Shown here: in pieces, positions 1 to 10,212 of the stretch
Layout: each line of letters opens with the position of its first letter
Numbering within the stretch: the stretch's first letter is position 1
Virus record (IMG/VR): IMGVR_UViG_3300031853_000003
Coordinates: 64,001 to 128,000 of that record
Reading direction: 5' to 3' (one strand)
Length of the DNA: 64,000 nucleotides
DNA from: a virus
Taxonomy: Duplodnaviria; Caudoviricetes
Translations under genes and position numbers: made by a program
Notes under the pieces: model-generated
The model's database searches: none
The model's input: the letters and a program-made list of their open reading frames with translations, nothing else
What the model was told of the DNA's origin: nothing

Positions 1-135
1 GATCCTGATGTATACACCATTGAGGACGATCGTACTCGTGGAGTTACATCGCCCAGACCTGCTGTCAATCCGATTATGGGTACAATTGGTGACGCTATAT
101 CTCTTGCAGAAGATGAATGGAAGCAGGGAAGCTAA
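1..135 (+). CDS. 3' end of a hypothetical (probably tail/baseplate) protein, truncated by the window
   Basis: Frame 1 is open from base 1 (DPDVYTIEDD...EWKQGS*); its TAA overlaps the next ATG (TAATG). Confidence 0.6.
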   Translation, partial: DPDVYTIEDDRTRGVTSPRPAVNPIMGTIGDAISLAEDEWKQGS

Positions 136-794
136 TGATACAAAGATACACAAAAGTAGATTTCAGTAGGAATCTCATCAATCTACTGAACGGCGTTTAC
201 AATGTGTCAAATGACAACTATGAATATGAGCTTGTAATCAGCAACAATCATATACAGGTTCATGGATCTGTCAAAACTGTTGGCACATTCATATCACGAA
301 TACCAGTTGCGGTACAGCCACCATTGTATAAGAATGTATGGTACACTTTCTCTGCTCAGAATATTGTATCTGAGGGAGAAAGTAGAGGACTTACTTCACT
401 TTACTGTTCGCAGATGAGCGGTAGCAAGTATTGGGGCGGACGTCTTCCACTTATCGGTAGTGGTGTTACAGACGGAGTATCGGTCAAGTCCTCAATTGGT
501 TTCTGCGATAGATATGTTGCGGACGGCGGAAGATATGTTCCAAATACTGCAACCGCCTGGTCTTTATATCTGTACATGGTAGGTAGTGGCACACAGGGGC
601 TTGCTTTCAATCTATCATTTGACCTGATGTTAGATCTGGGACATACTGCTACAGAGTTCGAACCATACGACAAGACCAAATCTGTATACATCACACGAAC
701 AATGCTGTTGTATCCTGCAACAGATCTATTCCCGTCTACAGAGCTGTTCCCAGTAGATCCAAAATATGGTCTTCAGATCAGAGAAGAACACTGA
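135..794 (+). CDS. hypothetical beta-rich protein, probable tail/baseplate component
   Basis: ATG overlaps the upstream stop; RNLINL...ATEFEPY and LYPATDLFPSTELFP segments are typical of Firmicutes phage tail proteins. Confidence 0.5.
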   Translation: MIQRYTKVDFSRNLINLLNGVYNVSNDNYEYELVISNNHIQVHGSVKTVGTFISRIPVAVQPPLYKNVWYTFSAQNIVSEGESRGLTSLYCSQMSGSKYWGGRLPLIGSGVTDGVSVKSSIGFCDRYVADGGRYVPNTATAWSLYLYMVGSGTQGLAFNLSFDLMLDLGHTATEFEPYDKTKSVYITRTMLLYPATDLFPSTELFPVDPKYGLQIREEH

Positions 795-841
795 TTACTA
801 CCTTTTATACTCATGTATACATGAAGTAAGGAGTGATTGTG

Positions 842-1108
842 ATGCCTGCAAATCGTCCATTGGTAGGTCAAGGTAAAGCTGTGATCGCAGATGAATATGA
901 ACTTGAAAAAGACGCAGCAGGATTTACACATCCTAATCTGCACAGACGAATAGTAGACGATCCACTCCTGGAACCTGATGGTGTTGTTAGCAAGTCATAT
1001 GAATTAGAAATTCAAGGACTTGATTCATATAGAGCTGTTCATACAGCATATCACAATGAAGAAGAAACAAATGCTGATGGATCGCCTAACGAAGATGAAA
1101 CCCCGTAG
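842..1108 (+). CDS. hypothetical protein
   Basis: AGGAG RBS; follows the ACCTTTTATA motif at 800. Confidence 0.6.
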   Translation: MPANRPLVGQGKAVIADEYELEKDAAGFTHPNLHRRIVDDPLLEPDGVVSKSYELEIQGLDSYRAVHTAYHNEEETNADGSPNEDETP

Positions 1109-1119
1109 GAGGTAAAATA

Positions 1120-2067
1120 ATGAAAGTTCTAAGACGCAGCATTACAGCTGCAGAAGATGATTACATAAGAATTGGTAACAGACTCTATCCGAAGAACGCG
1201 ATGGACTATCCTGAGGGCATGACTGCTGATCAGATTTCTCGAGAAGCTACCAGACGTCGTAACGCAGAGATTGAGCAAGAGAAAGCTGATGCCCGTTCTG
1301 CTGAACTTGCTGCAAAAGCTGAACCGCTTAAACAGGCCATTGCAGATAGAATCGACAACGGAGAAGATCCGCTTGAAGCATATTTCGCCGAACTTGTACC
1401 AGATCGTGGAATTGCTGATACCGTAGCCGGTGAAATCACAAGAGCTGCTATGAGAATACTTTACCGTGATTACAATGACGGTGACAGATTCTTTTCTGGA
1501 TACGGTCTTGAAACTTGCGGAAGTTCTGCTGAGTATCTCATCAATCAGATTGGTGATGAGATGTACGATGTGATGGAGGATATTGCATGTAGAGATCTAG
1601 ACGGAAACGAATATACACGTGCAATTAACTCTATGGCATCAGATGTAGTAAACTATCTTGATACACACCCAGAATTACTTGCAACTGAGAACACAGAGGA
1701 CTCTCGAGAAGGTAGTTGCCCTACTATCAAAGAGTGGGAACCTAAATATGACGAAAGCTGGTTGATTCCTGACAGCATCCAGGAACATATCAATAGAGGG
1801 GACATCGATGATACAGAATTCCAGTGGGAAGTAGAAAGCTGGCTGAACAATCAAGATGACGCTCGTGTTGATATCTACGGAGATACAATTGAATTAAGCG
1901 AGATGAATGAGGATACATACTCCGATCTTGTTACCTACGGTGGATTCTCACGTGAACTCGAGTCCTACGCAGAATCACTGGATGAAGAGTACGGCGATCC
2001 TTGGGGAGACGAGGACGAACTCGATGAAGAATACGATGAGGTAGAAGAGTCTACATCGATTAGATGA
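1120..2067 (+). CDS. acidic protein, putative internal head protein
   Basis: GGAGG RBS; basic leader MKVLRRSITA followed by a D/E-rich body. Confidence 0.6.
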   Translation: MKVLRRSITAAEDDYIRIGNRLYPKNAMDYPEGMTADQISREATRRRNAEIEQEKADARSAELAAKAEPLKQAIADRIDNGEDPLEAYFAELVPDRGIADTVAGEITRAAMRILYRDYNDGDRFFSGYGLETCGSSAEYLINQIGDEMYDVMEDIACRDLDGNEYTRAINSMASDVVNYLDTHPELLATENTEDSREGSCPTIKEWEPKYDESWLIPDSIQEHINRGDIDDTEFQWEVESWLNNQDDARVDIYGDTIELSEMNEDTYSDLVTYGGFSRELESYAESLDEEYGDPWGDEDELDEEYDEVEESTSIR

Positions 2068-2078
2068 GGTGTTGATTG

Positions 2079-3041
2079 ATGAACAAACTAACAGCTAAAC
2101 GAAACTTAGGTCTTGTTCACAACGTAACTATCAACGTCATTGATGAAGCCACTCAGAAAATAGTATTCTCTCATTCAGGTCATAACAACGCCACCAACGG
2201 TATGCTAACTGGAATAGGATATTATCTTACAGGACAAGGTGTGCTGAATCAAGGCAGCGCACTTTTGTCGCAATTTGTGCCTAAGTACATATCGCTCGGT
2301 ACAATGGGCTTGAAGTCGCAGACACCTATCAACTTCAACGGGTACAAAGCACCGCATATCGGTGTAATGGATCATTCTACCCAGACATACGCTCAGCTCT
2401 CTGCTGAAGATCTTGCATATCTTGGAGTATCTAGCAGCTCATCCAGAATCACAGTACAACATCAGCAGATGCTTGATTACAGAGATTACATGAAGCAAGT
2501 TCCTGGATTTGGTGCTGACGGATATGACGTAAACAGCAACAACGGTAGGGCATATATGGGTATCGGCAGACGTTATCCTGACAGACCTTCTAGCGACGCA
2601 GTCAATTGTGAGCTGATTGCTGATACATTTCCTAGGGCAACTATTTCATTCCGGGATGTAGTTCCTGAAATTGAAGCAGAGTTTGCAGAGACAATTGACG
2701 TTGTATTCAGTGCAATGATATCAACAGGTGCGCTTGCAAAATTTCGAGGCGATAACGACTGTATATACATAACAGAAGCCGGTCTTTGGTCAATGCCTAA
2801 TTGGTTGACTGATGAAACTGGTGCATATGATTATACAGGATACAACGGACTACTCGCAGGATACAGAATAGTTCCATCAGATTATAAGAAATGGGACATG
2901 AGCAAAGCTGAAAATCGTGATGCTCTTAATCGCAGTATTCTACGAGTAGGCAAGAACCAGGTTGTACAAGTTGTTTGGAAGATCCAGATCGGCAGCATTC
3001 GACAGCTGACTGGTCGTGAAGAAATAAGTGAGTTACAGTAG
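2079..3041 (+). CDS. putative baseplate / tail-collar protein
   Basis: YISLGT...YITEAGLWS...VVWKIQI pattern resembles tail-collar/baseplate domains. Confidence 0.45.
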   Translation: MNKLTAKRNLGLVHNVTINVIDEATQKIVFSHSGHNNATNGMLTGIGYYLTGQGVLNQGSALLSQFVPKYISLGTMGLKSQTPINFNGYKAPHIGVMDHSTQTYAQLSAEDLAYLGVSSSSSRITVQHQQMLDYRDYMKQVPGFGADGYDVNSNNGRAYMGIGRRYPDRPSSDAVNCELIADTFPRATISFRDVVPEIEAEFAETIDVVFSAMISTGALAKFRGDNDCIYITEAGLWSMPNWLTDETGAYDYTGYNGLLAGYRIVPSDYKKWDMSKAENRDALNRSILRVGKNQVVQVVWKIQIGSIRQLTGREEISELQ

Positions 3042-3055
3042 TGAGGTGACATTAG

Positions 3056-3427
3056 ATGGCAAGAGAAGAAATAGTATTCACTTCAGGAGCATTGCTTGAT
3101 TTGCTTTCTCAGATAGATGAGTTAGCTGATAAATCTATTGCCCTCGGTACAGCTGATGGCGAAGTTCCTGAACTATATATAGATAACACGACATACCGGT
3201 TGAGCAACGCTGGTATTGAGGATGTACAAGTTGATTCATCTGCAGTCAGAGATGTTGCTTCACTAAGTCGTGAAGTTCTTGATGAGGTTGACAGTCGCCA
3301 GGAACCTTTAGTGGAAGACGGAGATGCTGAAAATCTCGAACCTGTTGAATCAGGAATAATCAAACAAGCTGTTAAGACGTTACTCATAGGCGGACTTGTC
3401 CGACTTACAAGTAAACTTCTTAAATAG
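3056..3427 (+). CDS. hypothetical head-module protein
   Basis: GAGGTG RBS; directly upstream of the protease. Confidence 0.6.
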   Translation: MAREEIVFTSGALLDLLSQIDELADKSIALGTADGEVPELYIDNTTYRLSNAGIEDVQVDSSAVRDVASLSREVLDEVDSRQEPLVEDGDAENLEPVESGIIKQAVKTLLIGGLVRLTSKLLK

Positions 3428-3438
3428 GAGGTACGCAG

Positions 3439-4830
3439 ATGAATAGGAAAAAAGTAACTGCTGCAGCAGCCACAAGTTCTATCTTAGGAACATATGAAGG
3501 CGAATGCGCAGATGCTAATATCACCAACCTGAACGGTCTAGATATAACCAGACCTGTTTGGGAAGCAGTATTCGACTCAGACGAATACAAGCGTGCTATC
3601 GAGATGGGCTGGTACATAGGATTCTTAGGTCACCCAGAGGATCCGAATTGTATGGACTTCGAACACGCCTGTATAGTTATGACGGATGGATACATCGACG
3701 ATGACGGAAAGGTCTACGGTAAGTTCAATCTCATTGATACTCCAGTAGGCCGTGTCGTCAAAGCATTTCAGGACGCAGGTGTAACCTTCGGCATATCAGT
3801 AAGAGGTGCAGGAGATATCATCGACAACTCAGTTGACCCCGAAACATTTGTATTCAGAGGATTTGACCTAGTGTCGTTCCCTGCCTTCCCTGAATCAATT
3901 CCGACATTCACTCAGGTAGCTGCTTCTACTGATGCATTGCAGAGAAAGAAGTATCAAAAGGTATGTGCTGCAGTTAGTGCGGAACTTCCGAAGATAACAA
4001 TGGGGGAGACCCTCGACATTCTTCAATCTCAGTTTGCAAAGCAGTCTGATGAATACAGTGCTATTGAAGCACATAAACACGAAGTATGTCCCGACTGTGA
4101 CGAATGCAGCGATGAAGAGTGTGCAGACGGTATCACAGATCTCGCAGATCAAAAGATAAACGCAATGACTACTCTTTACATTGAGGCCATTGAAGCTAAC
4201 AAGAAGATTTCAAGGAGCGTAGAATCATTACGTCGTCAGCTGGCCACTACTCAATCAAGTTGTAAGCGAAAAGTTGCAAGCATTGAAAGAATTGTATCAG
4301 CACAAGAGTCTGATATGCGTTCTGAGATGTCGAAAAAAGACGAAGTAATCGCTTCGTTGAGGTCCTCTAACAAGCGATTAGTAACGTCGAATTCACAACT
4401 TCGAGAATACAACCTTAAATATAAACAGAATATCGCCGCAAGCGAATCTAGAATCCGTTCCCAGAAAGATACTATTTCCCAGCTTAATTCTAAGCTCAGC
4501 GAAACTGTCACTGCTGCAAAGAATATGAAGACGGGAACATCTAACTTGGATGCAGAGAATAGACAGCTCAGGAAGAGGATTGAAGCCTGCGAGAAAATCA
4601 TCGAAGGCTATCAAGATTCGCACGCACGCATCTTTGCACATGCGATAGGCGCCGATATTGATCACCTAGATGTAACTGCTGAAACAACAGTCGAGCAACT
4701 CGAAAAGATGATTTCAAGTAGCACATCTACTGCCAACATGTCTGCTGCTTTCACAGAGCCTACTCCGCTAGAACTTGCGGATGATGAAGACGAGTACGAA
4801 AGCTACATACATGATATCGTTTCAACCTAA
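3439..4830 (+). CDS. T4 gp21-like prohead protease fused to a C-terminal coiled-coil (scaffold-like) region
   Basis: Motifs GFLGHPED, GISVRGAG, FDLVSFPA; long heptad-rich C-terminal half; upstream of the capsid gene. Confidence 0.85.
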   Translation: MNRKKVTAAAATSSILGTYEGECADANITNLNGLDITRPVWEAVFDSDEYKRAIEMGWYIGFLGHPEDPNCMDFEHACIVMTDGYIDDDGKVYGKFNLIDTPVGRVVKAFQDAGVTFGISVRGAGDIIDNSVDPETFVFRGFDLVSFPAFPESIPTFTQVAASTDALQRKKYQKVCAAVSAELPKITMGETLDILQSQFAKQSDEYSAIEAHKHEVCPDCDECSDEECADGITDLADQKINAMTTLYIEAIEANKKISRSVESLRRQLATTQSSCKRKVASIERIVSAQESDMRSEMSKKDEVIASLRSSNKRLVTSNSQLREYNLKYKQNIAASESRIRSQKDTISQLNSKLSETVTAAKNMKTGTSNLDAENRQLRKRIEACEKIIEGYQDSHARIFAHAIGADIDHLDVTAETTVEQLEKMISSSTSTANMSAAFTEPTPLELADDEDEYESYIHDIVST

Positions 4831-4876
4831 GTTTATCTTACACACAATTAAATATCAAATAGGAGCGTGTAACATT

Positions 4877-6355
4877 ATGATTACTAAGACCTCAAAGACA
4901 CGTAGAGTGTCCATCGGTAATAGAGGTACCGCAAGTAGATCCGTAATGGCCAACCAGTCTATCACTTCTGGTGTCCGCAATCGTTCAGGTCAGAAGGCTA
5001 ACCCTGCCTCCGAGAGATCGCAGGCTATCCTGGCCAGCCTTACTCCTGAGAAGAGACGTTTTGCTAAGACTCTGCAGAACACTCATCGCCAGATTGCTAA
5101 GTCCATCACCGCTGCTACCAACACCTCTAACATCATGGCAAGACCTGATTTCGTCGAACTCCTGCCTCTGTTCGTTCAGAAGCTCCTGGTTCTCGATGCA
5201 TATGGTTCTGTCGCAATGAAGAGCAGATCCCAGGTTATCCCCTACTTCAAGTTCGTCGCTGAGAACACCAAGGGCGAGACTGCTGCTGGCACTGTTCTTT
5301 CTTCTCCGTTCGTCAATCGTCAGGGCGTTGACCCGAACTTCACCGGCCGCGTTATCAAGGGCGAAGGCATCGCAATTGGCGATACTTCCTACATGGGCGT
5401 TGCTTACACTCCTGTACTTCCTGGTACGGTCACCGTCCAGACCATCATCGGCGGTGTAACCACTCCTTATACCGACAACGGTATGGGCGAGCTGGTCAGT
5501 GCTGCTAACGCAGTAGTCGGTACTATCAACTACTCCGACGGTACTGTTGTTCTCGATTCTACTGCCCTCTCCGGCTTCGGTGCAAACGACATGGTTAAGG
5601 CCACTTACCAGTACGACAACGAGACTGTCGGTCCCGACGCTGCTGGTAACTACGGTGCAAAGATGGGCAAGGGCTACCTTGATCTCGACGAGTTCACCCT
5701 CAAGGCTGAAGCTCATGAAATTGCTTGCTACTGGTCGATCTTCTCCGCGTTCGCTGCTCAGCAGGAATACGGCGCTAACATCGGCGAGCTTGCTAAGGAA
5801 GCTGCTTTCGGCGAGCTGACCGCTGAGATGAATACCCTCGCATTTGCGAAGCTCCGTCAGGCTGCTGCTAAGAATCCTGTTTTCAACTGGGATGCAAGCG
5901 CAATCCTGTCCGGCTCCGTTGTTCCGAAGGATTACCTCAACATGTTCAAGCTGAAGCTGAACCAGGCTGCTGATAATATCTATCAGAGAACCCGTCTTGC
6001 TCGTGGTAACACAATCGTTGCTGGTACCAACGCAGGCGGCTACTTCAGAATGCTCGAAGGCTTCAACGGCGAGAGCGTTGCTGACGCAGTCGGTCCTTAC
6101 AAGCTCGGTACGCTTGATGGCGACTTCAACATCTTCGTTGATCCCAACTACAATCCCGATACTTGGGTACTCAGCTGCAAGTCCGACGACATCCGTCGTA
6201 ACTCCGCGCTCTTCGGCGAGTATATGCCGTTCGCTGACACCCAGGCTCTCGGTCTTGCGAATGCTTCCGTACAGCAGGGTTACGCTAACATGTACGCCAT
6301 GGAAGTTGTCAATCCTGACACTGTCGTCAGCGGCAAGATCATCGGCTTGTTCTAA
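4877..6355 (+). CDS. major capsid protein, T4 gp23-like, with a basic N-terminal propeptide
   Basis: AGGAG RBS before ATG 4877; LLVLDAYGSVAMKS...YFKF resembles the gp23 AFDICGVQPM block; strongly biased codon usage; position after the protease. Confidence 0.9.
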   Translation: MITKTSKTRRVSIGNRGTASRSVMANQSITSGVRNRSGQKANPASERSQAILASLTPEKRRFAKTLQNTHRQIAKSITAATNTSNIMARPDFVELLPLFVQKLLVLDAYGSVAMKSRSQVIPYFKFVAENTKGETAAGTVLSSPFVNRQGVDPNFTGRVIKGEGIAIGDTSYMGVAYTPVLPGTVTVQTIIGGVTTPYTDNGMGELVSAANAVVGTINYSDGTVVLDSTALSGFGANDMVKATYQYDNETVGPDAAGNYGAKMGKGYLDLDEFTLKAEAHEIACYWSIFSAFAAQQEYGANIGELAKEAAFGELTAEMNTLAFAKLRQAAAKNPVFNWDASAILSGSVVPKDYLNMFKLKLNQAADNIYQRTRLARGNTIVAGTNAGGYFRMLEGFNGESVADAVGPYKLGTLDGDFNIFVDPNYNPDTWVLSCKSDDIRRNSALFGEYMPFADTQALGLANASVQQGYANMYAMEVVNPDTVVSGKIIGLF

Positions 6356-6369
6356 TAGCTGTATCGTCA

Positions 6370-6410
6370 TCTCACCCTTGTCGATCATGATCTTATCGGC
6401 AAGGGTGGGA
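6370..6410 (+). terminator. stem-loop after the capsid gene (terminator/stabiliser)
   Basis: TCTCACCCTTGTCGAT / ATCGGCAAGGGTGGGA inverted repeat. Confidence 0.6.
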
Positions 6411-6452
6411 CTTAACAGTTCAACAAATAAATAATATTCGGAGGAATTTAAC

Positions 6453-6989
6453 ATGGCTAGTAAGACAGTTACTATCAAGTTTGTCGGCGTTCCTGCTGAT
6501 ATCGTGAGATCAGGCCTTGACATCTTCAATTCCTGGACTCCTTCCGGCGGTTATGCTGACTCTGATCCATATGCAAATGGCCAGTACACTCTGCTCACCG
6601 CAGCTCCTGCTGACTGGGCCACCAATTACAAGAACTATTTCACAAAGTCCAACGGCGCATATGTTCCCGTAACCGGCGACTCTGCTCCCACTTTCGGCAA
6701 TGGCACCTACTATGCCGCGACTGGCAAGTCCGTATATGCTACTCACGTCGGCAAGTTCGGCGAGATCGACTCCGCTGACTTCCTTAAGGGTCTTCTGCCC
6801 ATGGCGACCAGCCCGCAGCTTATCGCCCAGTTCGAGCGTGCTATCATCTCTGCTAAGAACGCAGCTGATGCAGGCACTACTGATCAGGGCATTTCGTTCA
6901 GCATCGGCGAGGATTACAAGGAAGAGCTCTACTGGTCTCAGATCAGCAACGGCGTAAAGGCTCAGGGCTTTACCGTAACCATCGCGTAA
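6453..6989 (+). CDS. putative head decoration / virion protein
   Basis: Follows the capsid gene with the same codon bias; carries a PADW...YFTK...APT module also found in the 45676 protein. Confidence 0.6.
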   Translation: MASKTVTIKFVGVPADIVRSGLDIFNSWTPSGGYADSDPYANGQYTLLTAAPADWATNYKNYFTKSNGAYVPVTGDSAPTFGNGTYYAATGKSVYATHVGKFGEIDSADFLKGLLPMATSPQLIAQFERAIISAKNAADAGTTDQGISFSIGEDYKEELYWSQISNGVKAQGFTVTIA

Positions 6990-7026
6990 GTAATTTTTAC
7001 AGTCTAGATAGGGGGTCTAGTAGACA

Positions 7027-7737
7027 ATGAATATGTCCGAGATAGTTGATCAAGTCAGCTTTATGCTAGGCCTCCCGTCTAACAGCAATGTCGAAAATCT
7101 CGACATCAAGAGAGCTGTACTGATTGCTTTTCGTGAATTGAAACGGTACATGAAAACTCCTGTAGATAAAACAGTACCGTTTGCAACACGAATAGACCTT
7201 AAGAAGCTAGGTATCAAGCCTGTGAAGATTCTTTACGTTTATGCTTCGACACCTAGAATAGGTCTAACAATGAATTCTATTGACAGCGGCAATGTTTTCC
7301 AGGTTGCCGCATCTGTCAACACCTACAGTGCAATTGGTCAGACAAGTGCAATAAATATCGACCCTATTGTAACTGAAATGGGCATGGCTCAAGTCCGTAA
7401 TACACTATCTACTGATTTCCAGTGGAAACATGATCCGGATAACGAGGTGTTATATGTTACGCACAGAGATCCGCGCCCAACACAAGTTACAATTCGATAT
7501 GTACCTGACTACCAAGATGTTTCTGAAATCAAGAGTCCTACATGGATTGATTATCTTATTCGCCTGAGTGAGGCAAACATGAAGAAGGCTCTTGGTCGTT
7601 CTCGTTCCAAGTACACAATAGAGGGTTCTAACGTGTCACTTGACGGTGATGTACTTCTGCAGGAAGCTAATTCAGAGTTAGAAACAATACGTGCTGAACT
7701 GGAAGCTAAGAAGAGTAAATTAGTTGTCCTGAACTAA
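7027..7737 (+). CDS. neck / head-tail adaptor, T4 gp13-like
   Basis: C-terminal KKALGRSRSKY...VSLDGDVLLQEA..ELETIRAEL resembles gp13-type neck proteins. Confidence 0.7.
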   Translation: MNMSEIVDQVSFMLGLPSNSNVENLDIKRAVLIAFRELKRYMKTPVDKTVPFATRIDLKKLGIKPVKILYVYASTPRIGLTMNSIDSGNVFQVAASVNTYSAIGQTSAINIDPIVTEMGMAQVRNTLSTDFQWKHDPDNEVLYVTHRDPRPTQVTIRYVPDYQDVSEIKSPTWIDYLIRLSEANMKKALGRSRSKYTIEGSNVSLDGDVLLQEANSELETIRAELEAKKSKLVVLN

Positions 7738-7787
7738 TTTAATATAAATCGATTTACATTAAATAACACGTAAAGGAGAATTGACAC

Positions 7788-8156
7788 ATGTTCATTCAGA
7801 GAAAGAGAATCGTAGCTGACGAAGAGCTTGATACTACTCCCGTTGCTACTGCTGATGTTGATCCTGAGGCTACTGACCTGCTGTTCGAGGCAGAGGACGT
7901 TGCCGAGCTCGTTGCCGAAGTTACCGGCGAGCCTGTTGAAGTTACCGTAGAAGACGATTCCGTCAAGTTCGCTGTCGGCGACGACGAGTTCCTGGTTGAG
8001 CCGGAAGGCGACGAGGAGATCCTCGAGGCTGTGAGACTGCCCCGCAAGAAGAAGGCTGTTGCCGCTTCTACTCGTAGACCTGCAAGACGCCCCGCTCCCG
8101 CGAAGAAGCCTGTGAAGAGCTCACGCACCATCCGCAAGGCTCCCGCGAGCAAGTAA
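7788..8156 (+). CDS. acidic/basic bipartite protein, putative prohead core protein
   Basis: Leader MFIQRKRIVA, acidic core, K/R/P-rich tail; capsid-like codon bias. Confidence 0.55.
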   Translation: MFIQRKRIVADEELDTTPVATADVDPEATDLLFEAEDVAELVAEVTGEPVEVTVEDDSVKFAVGDDEFLVEPEGDEEILEAVRLPRKKKAVAASTRRPARRPAPAKKPVKSSRTIRKAPASK

Positions 8157-8178
8157 TTACCTTGTATATCAATACAGT

Positions 8179-8213
8179 GAAGCCCTTAGCTGATGCTGAG
8201 GGCTTCTAATTTT
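8179..8213 (+). terminator. putative intrinsic terminator
   Basis: GAAGCCCTTAGC/GCTGAGGGCTTC hairpin followed by TAATTTT. Confidence 0.55.
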
Positions 8214-8228
8214 ATCAGGAGGTAGCCG

Positions 8229-9296
8229 ATGAAGATACAATCTAGTGTGATCTCTGATCTCACAAAACTGCTTAAAACTGTAGCTGATTTCATATTCAAG
8301 GGAGTCGATATGCTCACTACAATGGGATATGAAACCATAGACGCGAAAGAACACAAGGACGGTTCCTATGAAATCAAGCACAAGTCCGAGGATGGGACAA
8401 TCGTCATTGAAAAGGGCAAGCCTATTAAGTGGGACGACAATGGTAAAGCAACTGTATACAACATCGTGCTTATCAATAAATCAAACAATAAATCAGCAAA
8501 GCTGAACAACATCTCTCAAGATGTCTTCAAGGACAAAGCTAAGTTCGAGAAGATGTTCGGTAATGCGCTGAATGAGATAGGAGCTGGACAATTCATCATG
8601 AATTCAAAGAAACTGCAAGTTACACTGAAGAAGGTAACATCTGGTACTGAAGCAACCATTGAGCTTACAGCTATCAATGCAAACTATGCGCCAGATGCTG
8701 CGTTAAGTGATCTTGACGCTATACTCTCTGACGACGAGTTCGCTGCTCAAATCACTGAGGAACCGGTGTCGTATGAGATTACAGACGAAGGTGAGTCTTT
8801 TGACATTGAGTCCATTGCATCTGTAGACACTGCATCGGCAGCGATCTCTGTATACAAGACTGCATTTGCTTTAGAGCAGAATCTTCGTTATGTCTATTTC
8901 GTATGTTCGGGTTCAGAGGTGGAGAATGTCCGTCACAGCATTGATCGAGTTCGCTGGATGGTTTCATCTATGGTAGATACTACTGCAGGATGGATCATCG
9001 AGAAAGACGGTACTATTCCGTATCCGCTGGAGTGTATGCAAGAAGGTGGCAGCGTAATCGACTGCTCACTCCCGAATGATGCACAAGCTATCCTGCGTCA
9101 GATTCAATCGGCTGTGTGGAATATGATTGCAATTCTCGATCTCAATCTTGTCAACTTCGACACCGACATGCAGGGCATGATCAACTGCTGGCTGAGAGAC
9201 TGCAAAGACCTTGCAGACCATGTTATCAAGCAGTATCTTGACGGCGGTACTCTTCCGAAAGATGAGATTGTAGCCGTTCCTACACTTATGCCCTAA
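8229..9296 (+). CDS. hypothetical late protein
   Basis: GGAGG RBS; 355-aa ORF. Confidence 0.65.
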   Translation: MKIQSSVISDLTKLLKTVADFIFKGVDMLTTMGYETIDAKEHKDGSYEIKHKSEDGTIVIEKGKPIKWDDNGKATVYNIVLINKSNNKSAKLNNISQDVFKDKAKFEKMFGNALNEIGAGQFIMNSKKLQVTLKKVTSGTEATIELTAINANYAPDAALSDLDAILSDDEFAAQITEEPVSYEITDEGESFDIESIASVDTASAAISVYKTAFALEQNLRYVYFVCSGSEVENVRHSIDRVRWMVSSMVDTTAGWIIEKDGTIPYPLECMQEGGSVIDCSLPNDAQAILRQIQSAVWNMIAILDLNLVNFDTDMQGMINCWLRDCKDLADHVIKQYLDGGTLPKDEIVAVPTLMP

Positions 9297-9350
9297 TCAA
9301 ATCGTTAAAGTACACATAATCGACAATACTGCGCACGGAGGCAATAGATT

Positions 9351-9803
9351 ATGTGTACATTACACCATGAAAATTCTGCAGAGCTCAAAGGTTCACAGAG
9401 AATCCGAGAATACATTCTAGGTGGCAACGGAATTGTAACTCTTTTATCACCTAGTCATAAGTGGAGAACATATAGGTTCGAGCTTCCTAGGGTGAAGGGT
9501 AAATTTCCGAACGGTACACTCTTTGTATATGTGAAGATGAAACATGATCGCTGGGCATATGTTGGTATGTTAAGTGATAGTCGTCAATCTTTTCGCAGTA
9601 CTAGAGGTTCAAGATTCTCTTGGACATCTCCGGAGTACAAAGGTGCGCTGTACCTCACTCATATGATGTACAAGGATTTTGAAACTCCTATGAAGGTGTT
9701 CCATGAAGGCGTATGCGGAGTTTGCGGTAGACCGCTTACTCGTCCTAAGTCCATAGAATCAGGTATCGGTCCTATCTGCAGAAAGAAGTTACTTAGCGTA
9801 TAA
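9351..9803 (+). CDS. DUF6011-like zinc-binding phage protein
   Basis: C-terminal CGVCGRPLTRPKSIESGIGPIC. Confidence 0.7.
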   Translation: MCTLHHENSAELKGSQRIREYILGGNGIVTLLSPSHKWRTYRFELPRVKGKFPNGTLFVYVKMKHDRWAYVGMLSDSRQSFRSTRGSRFSWTSPEYKGALYLTHMMYKDFETPMKVFHEGVCGVCGRPLTRPKSIESGIGPICRKKLLSV

Positions 9804-10192
9804 TGTCATTACACATCAAAGAATTCCAACATATTGCTAAATCATTTGACTCTATTTACGGTGCTACAATGTATGTAGCAAAGACCGCTAGACGATATGC
9901 AGAGAAAACAAATAATCGAGTTCTACATTCCGAAGCAATTGATTGGGTACTGACTGGAGAAACTCCTGAGATACTTAACCAATCTCACAGACGTGCAATA
10001 TCATACATCGATGATCTTCTTTCAGAAGTATCTGATAGTTTGGTATGCAGGTCTGTGAGATGCTCTGTGTACGAAAGTATACAAACCAAGCACCTTATAT
10101 ATAGATACATTGATGTAGATGATGAACCACGGCGTGCCCGTGTTCGTGTACTGACCAATATGATATGGTACAGAGCATCAAATGATTTCTAA
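9803..10192 (+). CDS. protein with an N-terminal RNA polymerase omega (RpoZ)-like segment
   Basis: SFDSIYGATMYVAKTARRY...EAIDWVLTG parallels the omega pattern DSKYxLVxxAAKRARQL...ALxEIxxG. Confidence 0.4.
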   Translation: MSLHIKEFQHIAKSFDSIYGATMYVAKTARRYAEKTNNRVLHSEAIDWVLTGETPEILNQSHRRAISYIDDLLSEVSDSLVCRSVRCSVYESIQTKHLIYRYIDVDDEPRRARVRVLTNMIWYRASNDF

Positions 10193-10212
10193 CAGTAAGG
10201 AGAGATGATACC

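Noticed and set aside
4775-4876. Extended capsid start given by the ORF track
   Set aside because: It overlaps the protease gene; the AGGAG RBS supports ATG 4877
4985-6529. 514-aa minus-strand ORF opposite the capsid gene
   Set aside because: Shadow ORF caused by the strong codon bias of the capsid gene; no RBS or recognisable motifs
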